Positions 30,064 to 41,700 of a DNA stretch of 64,000 nucleotides are shown in pieces (position 1 is the first letter of the stretch; each line of letters begins with the position of its first letter). Both the position numbers and the translations under genes were made by a program. The stretch comes from Alphaproteobacteria bacterium (lineage in GTDB: Bacteria > Pseudomonadota > Alphaproteobacteria > Bin95). The stretch is from NCBI GenBank assembly GCA_964291285.2, contig OZ219787.1, positions 1,792,001-1,856,000 of the forward strand, given 5' to 3'. The notes beneath the pieces are model-generated. The model was not told the DNA's origin, ran no database searches, and saw only the letters and a program-made list of their open reading frames with translations.

Positions 30064-31161
30064 CTACTTGGCGAGCCAGGTCTGGAACTTCGCGTCGATG
30101 TCGTCGCGATAGTCCGCCCAGAACTCGTAGTTGTAGAGCAGCGTATTGCTCATGTTGCTCGGCTCGTTCGGCATGTGCGGGGCCATGTCGATGCCGAGCG
30201 TCGCGTGCTTGCCCACCAACGGCGCCGAAGACGCGCGCGCCGGACCGTAGGAGATGAATTTCGCCTGGTCCGCAAGGCGCTGGGTGTCGGTGGCGAAGTT
30301 GAGATAGTGCAGCGCGCGCTTCTTGCGCTCGTCGCTCAGGTTCGCCGGGACGATCCACCCGTCGAGGTCGAACACCTGGCCGTCCCAAAGCATGGCGACC
30401 GGTTGCTTGTCCTCTTCGATGAGCTTGAACAGGCGCCCGTTATAGGTCGAGCCGATCACGACCTCGCCGTCCGCCAGGAGCTGCGGCGTATCCGCGCCGG
30501 CGGACCACCACACGACCTGGTCCTTGATGGTGTCGAGCTTGGCGAAGGCGCGCGCCTGGCCTTCCTCGGTCGCCAGCAGGTCGTAAATGTCCGCCATGGC
30601 GACGCCGTCGCACATCAGCGCCCATTCCATGTTGTTGATCGGGCGCTTCTCGAGGCTGCGCTTGCCCGGATAGTTCTCCAGGTCGAACACGGCGCAGACA
30701 TCCTTGGGCGGCGTGTCGCCCACCATGTCGGTGCGGTAGCCGAAGGTCGTCGAATAAACGATCTGCGGGATGAAGCAGGGCGTCACGAGGAAGTCGCCGA
30801 AATCCTTGGACGCGGGCGTGCCGTCGGGCGCCGCCGCCAGCATCGAGTCCACGTCGACTTCCATCGCGAGGCCTTCGTCGCAAAGCCGGATGGCGTCCGA
30901 GGCGACCACATCGACCACGTCCCAGGTCGTGTTGCCCGCTTCTGCCATGGCGCGAAGCTTGGCGACCGCTTCCGCCGCGCTTTCATCGTTGATGATGTTT
31001 ACGCCCGGATTCATTTCCATGTACGGCTTGTGGTAGGCGTTCATCTGGGACGCCGAGTAGGCCCCGCCCCAGGACACGATGGTCATGTCCTCCGCCTGCG
31101 CCGCGCCGGCCATCGCCGCGGAGGCGACTGCGCCGGCTGCAAGGAAAGTTCTGAGTCTCAT
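30064..31161 (-). CDS. ABC transporter substrate-binding protein (PotD-like)
   Basis: Signal peptide, VSWGGAYSASQ, WDVVD, YNGRL. Confidence 0.92.
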   Translation of the reverse strand: MRLRTFLAAGAVASAAMAGAAQAEDMTIVSWGGAYSASQMNAYHKPYMEMNPGVNIINDESAAEAVAKLRAMAEAGNTTWDVVDVVASDAIRLCDEGLAMEVDVDSMLAAAPDGTPASKDFGDFLVTPCFIPQIVYSTTFGYRTDMVGDTPPKDVCAVFDLENYPGKRSLEKRPINNMEWALMCDGVAMADIYDLLATEEGQARAFAKLDTIKDQVVWWSAGADTPQLLADGEVVIGSTYNGRLFKLIEEDKQPVAMLWDGQVFDLDGWIVPANLSDERKKRALHYLNFATDTQRLADQAKFISYGPARASSAPLVGKHATLGIDMAPHMPNEPSNMSNTLLYNYEFWADYRDDIDAKFQTWLAK

Positions 31162-31242
31162 GTGGCGTTCTCCCTTGTTTACCACTCGTTCAGTCCAGTC
31201 GCGGCGTAACGGGGAGACAGCGGCGCCGCCCCCGTTTTCGGG

Positions 31243-32337
31243 TCACGCCGCATCCAACGCTCTACAATCGTTGGTGAGCCATCCTATGGGGGTTGTTTCA
31301 CCCACCCTCAGCATTGAGTGCTTGGCGGAATTCGGGATCTTGACGATGAAGTCGTCCCGCCCGGCGACCTCCATCCGGCAGCGGATGTGATCCCCCAGAT
31401 AGATCAGTTCGACGACCCTGCCCTGGAGCTGGTTCGGCGCCGAGGGTTCGGCGATCAGCACGCGTTCGGGCCGGATCGACAACATCGTCCGGAAACCGAC
31501 CCCCTGGCAGTTGACCGCCAGCGCGCCGATCTCCTCGGCCCCGTCCAGATGGACGCGCGCTTCCTTGTCCGCAAACGCCGTTACCATGCCGTCGAGCTTG
31601 TTGTTCTCGCCGATGAACTGCGCCACGAAAGCGTTTTCGGGCCTCTCGTAGAGGTCTTCCGGGGTCGCGAGCTGCTGGATCACGCCGTCGTTGAAGACCG
31701 CGATCCGGTCGGACATCGTCAGGGCTTCCGACTGGTCATGCGTGACATAGACGACGGTGACGCCCAGCCGCTCGTGCAGGTGCTTGATTTCGTACTGCAT
31801 ATGTTCGCGCAGCTGCTTGTCGAGCGCTCCCAGCGGCTCGTCCATCAAAACGAGGTCGGGTTCGAACACCAGGGCGCGCGCCAGCGCCACGCGCTGCTGC
31901 TGGCCGCCGGAAAGCTGGGCCGGCCGGCGCCCCGCGAACTCGGTGCCGCCCATCTGGACCATGTCCAGCGCGCGCTCAACTTTCTCCTGCACTTCCGCGC
32001 GGCTCATCCGGCGCACCTGCAGCGGGAACGCCAGGTTCTCCGCGACCGTCATGTGCGGAAACAGCGCGTAGTTCTGGAAGACCATTCCGATGCCGCGTTT
32101 GTGCGGCGGAATGTTGTTGATCGGGCGGCCGCCAAGGCTGATCTGGCCGTGCGTGGCCACCTCGAACCCGGCCAGCATCATCAGGCAGGTGGTCTTGCCG
32201 GAACCCGAAGGGCCGAGCATCGTCAGGAACTCGCCGCGCGCGATTTCGAGATTCAGGTTCTTCACGACTAGCGTTTCGCCGTCGTAGCTCTTCTGAACGC
32301 CGTCAAACGCGACGAAAGCGCGGTCTCGGTCCGTCAC
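31243..32337 (-). CDS. ABC transporter ATP-binding protein (PotA-like)
   Basis: [29 protein letters not shown]; GTG start inferred. Confidence 0.94.
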   Translation of the reverse strand: MTDRDRAFVAFDGVQKSYDGETLVVKNLNLEIARGEFLTMLGPSGSGKTTCLMMLAGFEVATHGQISLGGRPINNIPPHKRGIGMVFQNYALFPHMTVAENLAFPLQVRRMSRAEVQEKVERALDMVQMGGTEFAGRRPAQLSGGQQQRVALARALVFEPDLVLMDEPLGALDKQLREHMQYEIKHLHERLGVTVVYVTHDQSEALTMSDRIAVFNDGVIQQLATPEDLYERPENAFVAQFIGENNKLDGMVTAFADKEARVHLDGAEEIGALAVNCQGVGFRTMLSIRPERVLIAEPSAPNQLQGRVVELIYLGDHIRCRMEVAGRDDFIVKIPNSAKHSMLRVGETTPIGWLTNDCRALDAA

Positions 32338-32497
32338 GGTGTCTCCTGTAGCCGACAGTTGCGAGCGGACGCTAACACAAACGGAGCGGCAATCGATAGG
32401 GGGCTTGAGATATTCGACCGCCCGGCGGGGTTTCGCCTCCCTGCGGTTGCTGCTATTCGCCCCGGGTCCGCAACCCTCAAGCGAAGGAGTTTCCGGA

Positions 32498-32740
32498 ATG
32501 GCCCAGCAACTCCTCCACCTCGTTTTCGGCGGGCGCCTGGTGCACCCCGACGGAACCGAATTCGCAAACCTCAAGGCCCTGGATATCGTCGGCATCTACC
32601 CCAACTACGCCGAGGCCGCCAGGGCGTGGCGCGGCAAGGCGCAAGGCACGGTGGACGATGCGCACATGCGCTACTACGTCGTGCACCTGCACCGCCTGCT
32701 GGACCCGGACAACCACGAACACGCGGAAGGACATTGCTGA
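32498..32740 (+). CDS. DUF4170 family protein
   Basis: QLLHLVFGG...DIVGIYPNY...WRGKAQGTVDDAHMRY...HLHRLLDP. Confidence 0.85.
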   Translation: MAQQLLHLVFGGRLVHPDGTEFANLKALDIVGIYPNYAEAARAWRGKAQGTVDDAHMRYYVVHLHRLLDPDNHEHAEGHC

Positions 32741-34386
32741 TGGACGGCGGGGAGGCGCTGGCGGAGACGCTTGCAGCATGGGGCGTGGATGCGGCCTTTG
32801 CGGTTCCGGGAGAAAGCTACCTTCCCGTCCTCGCGGGGCTGCAGCGCCGGGCGAATGCGATCCGCCTCGTCACGCCCCGCCATGAATCGGGCGTCACCTT
32901 CGCCTGTACGGCCTATGGCAGAATTGCCGGCAAGCCGGCGGTCGGCCTCGTCAGCCGCGGTCCCGGCTCTACCAATGCCTCCATCGGCCTGCATGTCGCC
33001 CGACAGGATTCCGTGCCGGTGCTGCTGGTGATCGGCGACGTGCCGACCGCCTCCAAGGGACGGGAGGCGTTCCAGGAAATCGACTACCACAAGATGTTTT
33101 CCGGCATAGCGAAAGCGGTGTTCGAGCCGGAGACGGCGGCGGAGGTGCCGGACAAGGCGGCCCGCGCGCTCGAACTCGCCATGGAGGGGCGGCCGGGACC
33201 TGTCGTACTGGTCATGCCCAAGGACATTTCGGACGGCGACGCAGGCGCGCCGGCCGTGCCGCAGCCTGTCCCGCGCGCTCCGGTACTTCCGGACGCCGAA
33301 ACCATTGCCGGGGCGGCGCGGCTGATCGATGCCGCCCGCCGCCCGGTCGTCATCGCGGGAGAACTGATCGCGTTCGAGGGGGCGGAAGCCTCGCTTTCCG
33401 GATTCGCTGCAGCCAGCGGCGCGGCCGTAACCACCGCCTATCGGTGCCAGGATGCGATCGCCAATGACGAGCCGGCCTATATCGGTCATCTGGAGATCAA
33501 CCGCGACAGCTTTCAGGAGCAAGGCTGGGAGGAGGCGGATCTCGTCATCGCGGCCGGTGCGCGTCTGGACGGCATCACGACCCGCGACTTTTCGATGGTC
33601 CGGGACGATCAGACGTTGATCCACATTCATCCCGACGCCGCGGTCCTGGAGCGCTGGCCGTCCGGAGCAGCGATCCGGGCCGATGCAGGGCCCGCACTGG
33701 AGGCGCTCTCCGCCGCCGTTGCGAACGGCAGTCCGGGCCGTCTCGATTGGCGGGCGGACCTGAACAGGGCCTACCGGGATTTTTCGGAGCCCGGCGGCGT
33801 TCCCGTTCACGGTCGCGTCGATCTCGCGGAAATCACTGCCGAAACCCGGAGGCAATTGCCGTCCGATGCGGTGGTCATCACCGACAGCGGCACCTTTGCG
33901 CGATGGGTGCATCGGTATTTTCGGTTCGCCGGACCCCGCACCCAGGCAGGGCCGATGGCCGGCGCGATGGGCTACGGCGTGCCCGGCGGCATCGGCGCCG
34001 CGCTCGCCCGGCCACGGTCTCCGGTCGTCGTATTCGTCGGCGACGGCGGCTTCCTGATGACGGGGCAGGAGGCCGTGACGCTGGTGCAGGAACGCCTGCC
34101 GGTGAAGATCATCGTCTGCGACAACAATGCGTGGGGGTCGATCCTCACCTCGCAGCAGTCGCGCTACGGCGAGGCCGGAGTCTTCGGCACGAGGCTGGAA
34201 AGCCCGGATTTCGAGGCGGTCGGCCGCGCTTACGGCCTCCATGCAAGCCGCGTGCGGGAGACGGGAGAGTTCGCCGGCGCCTTCGCGGCCGCGCTTGCGC
34301 ATCCGGGGCCGGCGCTGATCCACCTCGAACTCGACGAGCGCGATATCTCGCCCTTCACCGGCGCCTCGCAGTCATACCGCGTCTGA
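32740..34386 (+). CDS. Thiamine pyrophosphate-dependent enzyme (acetolactate synthase-like)
   Basis: VPGESY, RHESG, RGPGSTNA, GAMGYGVP, GDGGFLM...NN. Confidence 0.93.
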   Translation: MDGGEALAETLAAWGVDAAFAVPGESYLPVLAGLQRRANAIRLVTPRHESGVTFACTAYGRIAGKPAVGLVSRGPGSTNASIGLHVARQDSVPVLLVIGDVPTASKGREAFQEIDYHKMFSGIAKAVFEPETAAEVPDKAARALELAMEGRPGPVVLVMPKDISDGDAGAPAVPQPVPRAPVLPDAETIAGAARLIDAARRPVVIAGELIAFEGAEASLSGFAAASGAAVTTAYRCQDAIANDEPAYIGHLEINRDSFQEQGWEEADLVIAAGARLDGITTRDFSMVRDDQTLIHIHPDAAVLERWPSGAAIRADAGPALEALSAAVANGSPGRLDWRADLNRAYRDFSEPGGVPVHGRVDLAEITAETRRQLPSDAVVITDSGTFARWVHRYFRFAGPRTQAGPMAGAMGYGVPGGIGAALARPRSPVVVFVGDGGFLMTGQEAVTLVQERLPVKIIVCDNNAWGSILTSQQSRYGEAGVFGTRLESPDFEAVGRAYGLHASRVRETGEFAGAFAAALAHPGPALIHLELDERDISPFTGASQSYRV

Positions 34387-34480
34387 CCGCGGCGCAGTCG
34401 GGAGGGCCTCTTCTTGAAGCGGGACTCCCGCTGTTCTAGCGTGCGGCGCCCAGGTTCGAGGCCCGAGGGGGGAAGCCGGC

Positions 34481-34903
34481 ATGAGCATCCGCATCGAGAC
34501 TCTCGACGCGTTCTTCAATCCGAAATCCGTGGCCATCGTCGGTGCCTCGTCCAACTTCACGAAGATCGGCGGCCGGCCGGTCCACAACATGAAAATCTCG
34601 GGCTATGGCGGCAAGGTCTATCCGGTCAATCCGGGCGCTGCCGAGATCCAGGGCTTGCCGGCCTTCCCGGCCGTGGGCGACATTCCGGACGCCGTCGATA
34701 TGGCGGTGATCGTCGTGCCGATGCCGCATGTGGAACCGGCGGTGACGGCCTGCATCGAGAAGGGCGTGAAGGCCGCCATCGTGCTGTCCTCCGGTTTCGC
34801 CGAGATTTCCGAGGACGGCGCGCGCGCCCAGCGCCGTTTGGCCGATCTCGGCGCCGAAGGCGGGCTCCGTATCATGGACCCCAATGTAACGAGATATTTT
34901 TAA
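34481..34903 (+). pseudogene. Truncated acetate/acyl-CoA ligase (ADP-forming), CoA-binding domain only
   Basis: FFNPKSVAIVGAS...YPVNP...SSGFAE...GLRIMDPN, then abrupt switch to AT-rich sequence at ~34885. Confidence 0.8.
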
Positions 34904-35387
34904 CCTTCTATACGGACTTGATTTTACTGGTTTTTTCTGGCCTCCGGCAAATCAAGCCTGTTTTCAGATAGCGGCCCGAGACCGGATCGATCCGAAAAGA
35001 GGCGTTGCCGGCTCGCGCATGCCGACAAACGGTCCATCGCCCGAAGGGCATGACGATGATTCCGCTGCGGGATGACAACCCGGCCCGTCTCCCGCCGCGC
35101 GCGTGTAACGCCGTCGAGGCGTTCGGCGAGCGGACGGGCAAGCCGGGACTGGCCGTACATCCGCGGACACCGGTCCGAATGCGCCGGGCGGCAATCGTGT
35201 GGCGGCCGTGAGCTTCGGAGCGTGCGCATCCGGCGTGTCGGCGGTTCGGGGCAGGGCTGGCGCGCATGTCCGGGGTGGTGGAAATCCCCTGACCGATCCC
35301 TTTGCAAGGCAGGCCGGCGGTCTCCAGAGTGACGCCGGTTGCCGGGCCGTTGCGGGCGGCGCCGGGAAGGACCTGGAGGAGAGCGGG

Positions 35388-35490
35388 ATGGGCGCGACCG
35401 AACCGGAATTCATGGGCACGCGGCATGTGGCGGCGCGGCTCGGGCTCTCGCCCCGCACGCTGGGGGCTGCCGGGTGAGCGGGGGCGCCCA
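35388..35490 (+). pseudogene. Frameshifted excisionase/AlpA-like (HTH_17) remnant
   Basis: GGAGGA RBS; MGATEPEFMGTRHVAARLGLSPRTL, with RVSG continuing in another frame. Confidence 0.5.
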
Positions 35491-35670
35491 AAGGGTAGCC
35501 AGAACGGCGCAAGCATGAGAAGGAAGAACGACAAGCCTGACTTGACTGCGACCGCCACCGTCCCGGTCAATCCCGGCTGACCGAAAACCAGGTGCCCGGA
35601 GCCACGCCCAAGGCTGGTCGCGACTTGCCGAACCCCCTGGACAGAATCACTGAAATCCGCAATCTTCGTT

Positions 35671-37609
35671 GAGGCGTGTGCGCTGTTTGGAAGTTCTTTC
35701 TGAGCAAGGCATTGCGGAGGGTCTGGATTTTTCTTACCCCGTCAGGATGGCTGATTTCCGGGGTTTTTGCGGTTTGGAGGGAAAGGTTTTGTGGATTTCC
35801 ACCCCATGGCCGTGCGCGGGCTGGTTTTCGGGCGCGTCGCGTTGAGGCGCGGGACTGAGTAGAAGGTGTCGCCATCGGGCCTGCGGCCCTTGTTCCATCC
35901 ACCGGCGCTGGTTGGGAGAACATGATGGCGACAGCGGAGAAGTTAGCCTTTTCGTGGTGGTCTGTGGAGGGCCTTGCGGACCTTGAGCGTCTGCGTGTGG
36001 TGCTCGACACGCTTCCCGACGAGAAGGTTGTGGCTGCGCTTGAGGCGGGTCGCGGTCGCGGGCGGAACGACTATCCGGTACGGGCGATGTGGCGTGCGTT
36101 GATCGCGGGGATCGTGTTCCAGCATGCCTCGATGCAGTCGCTGCTGCGTGAGCTGGGCCGCAACCCGGCATTGCTTGAGATTTGCGGGTTCGAGGCGCTG
36201 CCCTTGCAGGGTGCGCCGGTGGTGGCGCTTTGCGCGGGGCGGGTGGTGAGGTATCCGGCGCCGTTGCGCTCGACGGTGCCGGGCGCCTGGAACTTCTCGC
36301 GGTTCCTGGGGCGCGTGGTGCGCCTTGAGGACGAGCGCGGCCTTGTGTCGGGGATGATCGGGCGTCTGCGCGCCTCGCTGTTCGAGGAGTTGCCGGACTT
36401 CGGTCGCCATCTCGGGTATGACGGCAAGGCGGTGGCGAGCCACTCGACGGGCCGGGTTGCCGGGGCCAGGGGGCAGACCTCGGACCCCGATGCGGACTGG
36501 GGCAGGCACGAGACGGGCGGGGTGAACGCGAAGACCGGCGCGGTGTGGAAGAAGGTGAAGTCGTGGTTCGGCTACGGGCTGCACCTGATCGCCGACACGG
36601 ACCACGAGGTTCCTGTGGCCTTCGAGGTGACGCGGGCGTCGGCATCGGAACCCGGGGTGCTGTCCGGGATGCTGGAGGAGTTGTTCGCCGAGGCGCCGGA
36701 GATGGCCGGGCGCTGCGCCGATTTCAGCGCCGACCGCGGTCTCGACAACGCCCGCCTGAAGGCGCGGTTGTGGGACAGGTGGCATATCCGCCCGCTGATC
36801 GACACGCGCCTGATGTGGCGGGCGGAGAAGAAGGAGCCGGGCCATGACCCGGCCCGGCCGATCACGCGACCGCTGTTCCCCGGGCGCGCCGACGTCATCG
36901 TTCATGACGAACGCGGCCGGGTGTCCTGCGTGTGCCCGCAGACCGGCGAGGTCCGCGCCATGGCCTTCCAGGGGTTCGAGGTCGGGCGCGGCGTCTGCGG
37001 CACGCTCAAATACCGCTGCCCCGCAGCCGCCTTCGGCTTCGAGTGCAAGGGACGCCGGGCCTGCCATCGGGCGGGTGGGGTGAAGTCCGGCGAATACGGC
37101 CGCATCCTGCGCGTCGACCTCGACAGCCATGACCGGCGTATCTTCACGCCCACGCCCTAGGGCAGCCCGTCATGGCGGCGCGGATACAACCGGCGCACCG
37201 CCATGGAGCGGATCAACGCCCGCCTCGACCGCAGCTTCAACTTCGAGACCCATTACATCCGCGGACGCGCGAAGATGAAGACCCGCATCGGGCTGGCCCT
37301 GGCGGTCATGATGGCCATGGCGCTTGCACAGGCCCGCGCCGGACGCGTCGCACGCATGCGCTCCCTGGTCGGCCCGGCGCCATACCTCGATACCGGCTGA
37401 CCCCTCAGCCGACTGCCGACAACGCTGACCCAACCCGCCGGACCCCGGCATACGGACAAACGCGACCGAAGGCCGGCGATGCTGCCGGGCTGGGCCGCTC
37501 AAGTTCGAAAAGCAACCGCGGCGACCGCCTCGAACGCCGGAACAAACAACATCAACACCCGGACCCAACGTCCCATCCGACCGGAAAAACCCCACAGCGC
37601 AAATTTCTC
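35671..37609 (+). mobile_element. DDE insertion sequence (IS5/IS1182-like), copy 1
   Basis: Near-identical to 54807 and 59283 copies; imperfect TIR GAGGCGTGTGCGCTGT / ACAGCGCAAATTTCTC. Confidence 0.9.
35922..37400 (+). pseudogene. Transposase of copy 1 with TGG>TAG nonsense codon at 37158
   Basis: Other copies read PTPWGSP through this codon. Confidence 0.9.
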
Positions 37610-37667
37610 TCCGGTTGAGCGGCGCTTCCGGTATTCTATTCGATGCGATACTAGGTCGGAGAAGACG

Positions 37668-38765
37668 ATGCCGCAGGACACAGCAGGCCTCGACAGGCCG
37701 AAATGGCTCGGCTATCTGCAACTTGCCGTCATTCTCGGCGCGATCGCTGTTGCGCTCTATCTCGCCCGGGCTCCGGAACGGGTCGAGCGTATCGACCGGT
37801 CGGCGCTGGCGGCTGAGGAAAGAAGACTGATCGTCAGCATCGTTCGGCCGGAGCCGACCGAACGGGCGCTCACCCTCCGTCTGACCGGCTCCGTCGTGCT
37901 GAAGGAGCGGGCGACCGTCATGTCCGAAGTCGTCGGGCGCGTTGTCTGGGTCTCGCCGGACTTCGCGCCCGGCGGGTCGATAGATGCGGATGAAGTCTTT
38001 ATCAGGATCGATCCCGAAGAATATGAGCTCAAGGTCGAACAGGCCCGGTTGGAGGTCGCGGGTCTTGAACACGAAATAAGCGGGCAGGAGGTCCGGAACG
38101 AAGACACAGCGGGCACGGCCCTGAAGCTGGAGAAGGCGCTCGTGGAGCTGCGGCTGGCGGAGTTGCAGCTTCGCAGGACGGAGATTTCCCTTCCCTTCGA
38201 TGCCCGTGTGATCTCTTCTAGCGTCGAGGTCGGCGAACTTGCAGGACCAGCGGAAAAGGTTGGCGAGGCTGCGGTGCTGGGTGTAGTCTATCGCCCGGAA
38301 TCGATTCGCGTGACCGCGCCCATCGAGCAACGGGACCTCAAGCATCTCTCGCCTGTCGTCGGGCGAACAGCCAAAGTCCGCACCAGGACAGGAGTCTACA
38401 GGGCGAACGTCGCGGGAGTTTCCCCGGTCGTGGCGCCGACAAGCCGGCTCGCGTCGGTTTTCCTGAAGTTCTCGGACGACCTGCCGGTCGCGCGCCGGCC
38501 GCTGCCCCACACTTTCGCCGAGATCTCCATTGAGGGCCCGGCGCATCGGAATGTCTATGTGCTGCCCGAAGCGGCCTCACAGGCGAACGAACGCGTCTGG
38601 GTTGTCAGGGACGGCGCGCTGAACTCGGTCGAACCGCAAGTGCTGGGCCGAATCGACGGCGGATGGGTGGTGCAAGCCTTCGACGCGGGCGACGGCGTCG
38701 TTATCGGCACCTTGCCGGCAGCCCGCGAGGGTCTTGCCGTAACCGCCGCGAAACCGCAGGAATAG
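37668..38765 (+). CDS. RND efflux periplasmic adaptor (membrane fusion protein)
   Basis: N-terminal TM segment, EVVGRVV, RTEISLPFDARV; adjacent RND permease. Confidence 0.88.
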   Translation: MPQDTAGLDRPKWLGYLQLAVILGAIAVALYLARAPERVERIDRSALAAEERRLIVSIVRPEPTERALTLRLTGSVVLKERATVMSEVVGRVVWVSPDFAPGGSIDADEVFIRIDPEEYELKVEQARLEVAGLEHEISGQEVRNEDTAGTALKLEKALVELRLAELQLRRTEISLPFDARVISSSVEVGELAGPAEKVGEAAVLGVVYRPESIRVTAPIEQRDLKHLSPVVGRTAKVRTRTGVYRANVAGVSPVVAPTSRLASVFLKFSDDLPVARRPLPHTFAEISIEGPAHRNVYVLPEAASQANERVWVVRDGALNSVEPQVLGRIDGGWVVQAFDAGDGVVIGTLPAAREGLAVTAAKPQE

Positions 38766-38775
38766 GGGGCGGCGC

Positions 38776-41700
38776 ATGAGCAACATGGACGATGGAGGCG
38801 GCTCCGGCGGGACCGGAACGCCTGTGCAGCGGGGCCCGATCGCCTGGTTTGCGGCAAACCCCGTCGCCGCGAATCTGCTGATGGTCTTCCTGATCGTCGC
38901 CGGCGCAATCGCCGGTTCGCGGCTCGCGGTCCAAGACCTCCCGGAGTTCGACCAGCGGCGCGTCTCCATCATGATTCCGATGCCCGGCGCCTCGCCGACA
39001 GAAGTGCACGAGGACGTCGTCCGCCGGGTTGAGGAAGCGATTATCGGCATATCCGGCGTCAGCCGGGTGGTCAGCACGGCGAAGGAAGGCATCGGCCTGA
39101 TCGATGTGGAACTGGAAGTCTTTGCCGACAACGCAATGGTGCTGAACGATGTCACACGTGCCATCGACGCCTTGGAGAATTTCCCGCCGCCAAACGCCGA
39201 ACCGCCCGAAATCAAGCTGGTCCGGTGGAGAAACGATGTCGTAACGATCGCGGTGTCTTCCGGTGCGGTGACCGAAAACCAGCTTCGGCTTGCGGCAGAA
39301 AGCCTGCGCGACTCGCTGCTGGCCCTACCGACCGTGTCCCACATAAGGGTGGAAGGCACGCGCGACCGGGAGATCACGATAGAGCTGAACGAGGAGGACC
39401 TGCGGCGAAACCGGCTCCAGATATCTGACGTCAGGCAGGCAATCAGTCGGGATTCTCTCAACCTGACCTTCGGAGAGCTGCGGACCGAAGCAGGCGGCGT
39501 TGTGCTGCAGGTGGTCGCGAAGCGGGAGCATAGTGCGGAGTTCAAGGATATACCGCTCATTACGCGGCTCGACGGAACGGTGGTGACGCTCGGCGATGTC
39601 GCCAGGATTCGCGATGGTTTCGTCGATGAGAATGTTCTGACGGAAACGGCCGGCGTGCCGGCGGTATTCCTGCGGATAACCGCGACCGGCAGGCAATCGA
39701 CCAAGGAAATGAGGAACACTGTCGTGGAGTTCCTTGGCGGTTACAGCCCGCCCGCGCATGTTTCGGTCAATATCTGGGACGACAAGGTCGAGGCGACCGT
39801 CGAGCGGTTGACACGGATCTTCGCCAATTCCGCGATCGGCGCGGCGCTGGTGTTCATCTGCCTGGTCGCGGTGCTCGACCTCCGGGTGGCGTTCTGGACG
39901 ACTTTCGGCATTCCTCTGGCCTTCATCGGGTCGCTGATTTTCTTCGCCCCGGCCGGCCTGACGCTGAATATGGGCACCCTGTTCGCGTTCTTCCTGATGG
40001 TCGGCATTGTGGTGGATGATGCCGTTGTCGTCGGGGAGAGCATCGCCACGGAACGGGCCCGGACCGGCTCGGCGCTGGCCGCGGCGATTTCGGGCGCGAG
40101 GGCTGTGGTCGGGCCGCTGGTCGTCGGCGCGGCCACGACGCTGATCGCGCTGGTTCCCCTACTGTTCGTCACCGAGGGCGGATGGCAGATCATGAGAATG
40201 ATTCCCTATGTGGCGCTGTTTGTGCTCATCATATCGCTGGTGGAGGCGTTCCTCATCCTGCCGGCGCATTTGGCGTATGACAGGCCCTGGAGCGCGCCGC
40301 CGCTGAGCGGCTGGCAGGGGGCAGTGCGCGGCTGGCTCGACGGCGTCCGCGACAGCGTGGTGGCTGCAACCGTTTCCTGGTCGGTGCGCCATGTCTGGAT
40401 GGCGGTTGGAATCGGCATCCTCGTCGTTGTCTGCGCAGTGCTGCTTGTGCGCTACCACGAGGTACGGGTCCTGTTCGCGGAGGAGAGGACGGACATTAGC
40501 AACTCGGTCCAGGCGGAGTTGCGCCTGCCTGCCGGATCGCCGTTCGAGGCGACGCTTGCCGCCGCCGAGCGCTTCAGGGATGCGGCCAAGGGTGTGAACG
40601 ACGATCTGGGGGGGGCAGCGATCAAGTCTGTCAGCATGGTCGTCGGGAAGATCCTGTCCACTTGGCCCAGGGATGACGCGGTCAGGGGCGAACATGTGGC
40701 GACGGTTAAGGCGCACCTTTACCGCCGTCCCGTCCGCGATGCCGCGCCCGCCGAAGTGGAGCGCGCGTGGCGGGCCCGCATCGGCGATATTTCGAGCTTG
40801 GAACATGTGGAATATGTGTTGACCCGAGGCAAGATCAGGCCGAACCTAGCCTATTCGATCCGACATAATGATCGGGAGTTGCTGCAGGGGGCCGCGCAAA
40901 AACTGCGCTCGGCGCTCGCTGCGATACCCGGCGTGTACGGTGTTTACGACAGTCTCTCGCCCGGCAAGCGTCAGCTCGAGATAGAAGTGACGCCGGCCGG
41001 CAAGGCGGCCGGGCTTTCGCCGGCGCTGCTGGGAGCGCAATTGCGCGCCCGGCTTCATGGCGCCGAAGCGCAGCGCATCCAGCGTGGCCGCGAGGAAATC
41101 GAGGTCGTCGTCAGATATCCCTCGGAACGCCGCCGGAGCCTGAAGGAACTGGCCGGGATGCGCATAGACCGGCCCGGCGGGGGCGAGATTCCGCTCTTCC
41201 TGGCGGCCACGCTCACGGAAAAACAGGAGTTGGCCGAACTGACGCGGATCGACGGCAAGCCGGCGGTCTTTATTGAGGCGAGAGCCGACGCCGCAGTCAT
41301 TACGCCGATCCAGGCCCGCAGGCTTATAGAGGACGGCGTCGTGCGGGAACTGCGCGCCGCGCATCCCGGCATCGCGGTGGAGAGGGACGGCGGCGCTCGA
41401 AACGAACGGCGGGTGCTGGAAACGCTGGCTACCCTGGTGCCGCTTGCGCTGATCGCCATGTATGCGGTCATGGCGGCGTTCCTGCGCAGCTACTGGAAAC
41501 CGCTGGTCGCCGCAGCCGGAATCCCGGCCGCCTTCGCCGGGGCGGTGCTGATGCACTGGATACTCGGCTGGGACTTCAACTTCATGTCGATCTTCGGGAT
41601 CGTCGCCGTCTCAGGCGTCGTCGTGAACGATGCGCTGGTGCTGCTCGACCGCTACAACATCATCCGCCGGGAGAACGACGCCCTGCCTGCGATCGCCGCC

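Noticed and set aside
34893-34902. ATATTTTTAA shared with 54786 as an att repeat
   Set aside because: Only 10 bp of AT-rich sequence, flanks do not extend, and the ligase 3' half does not resume there
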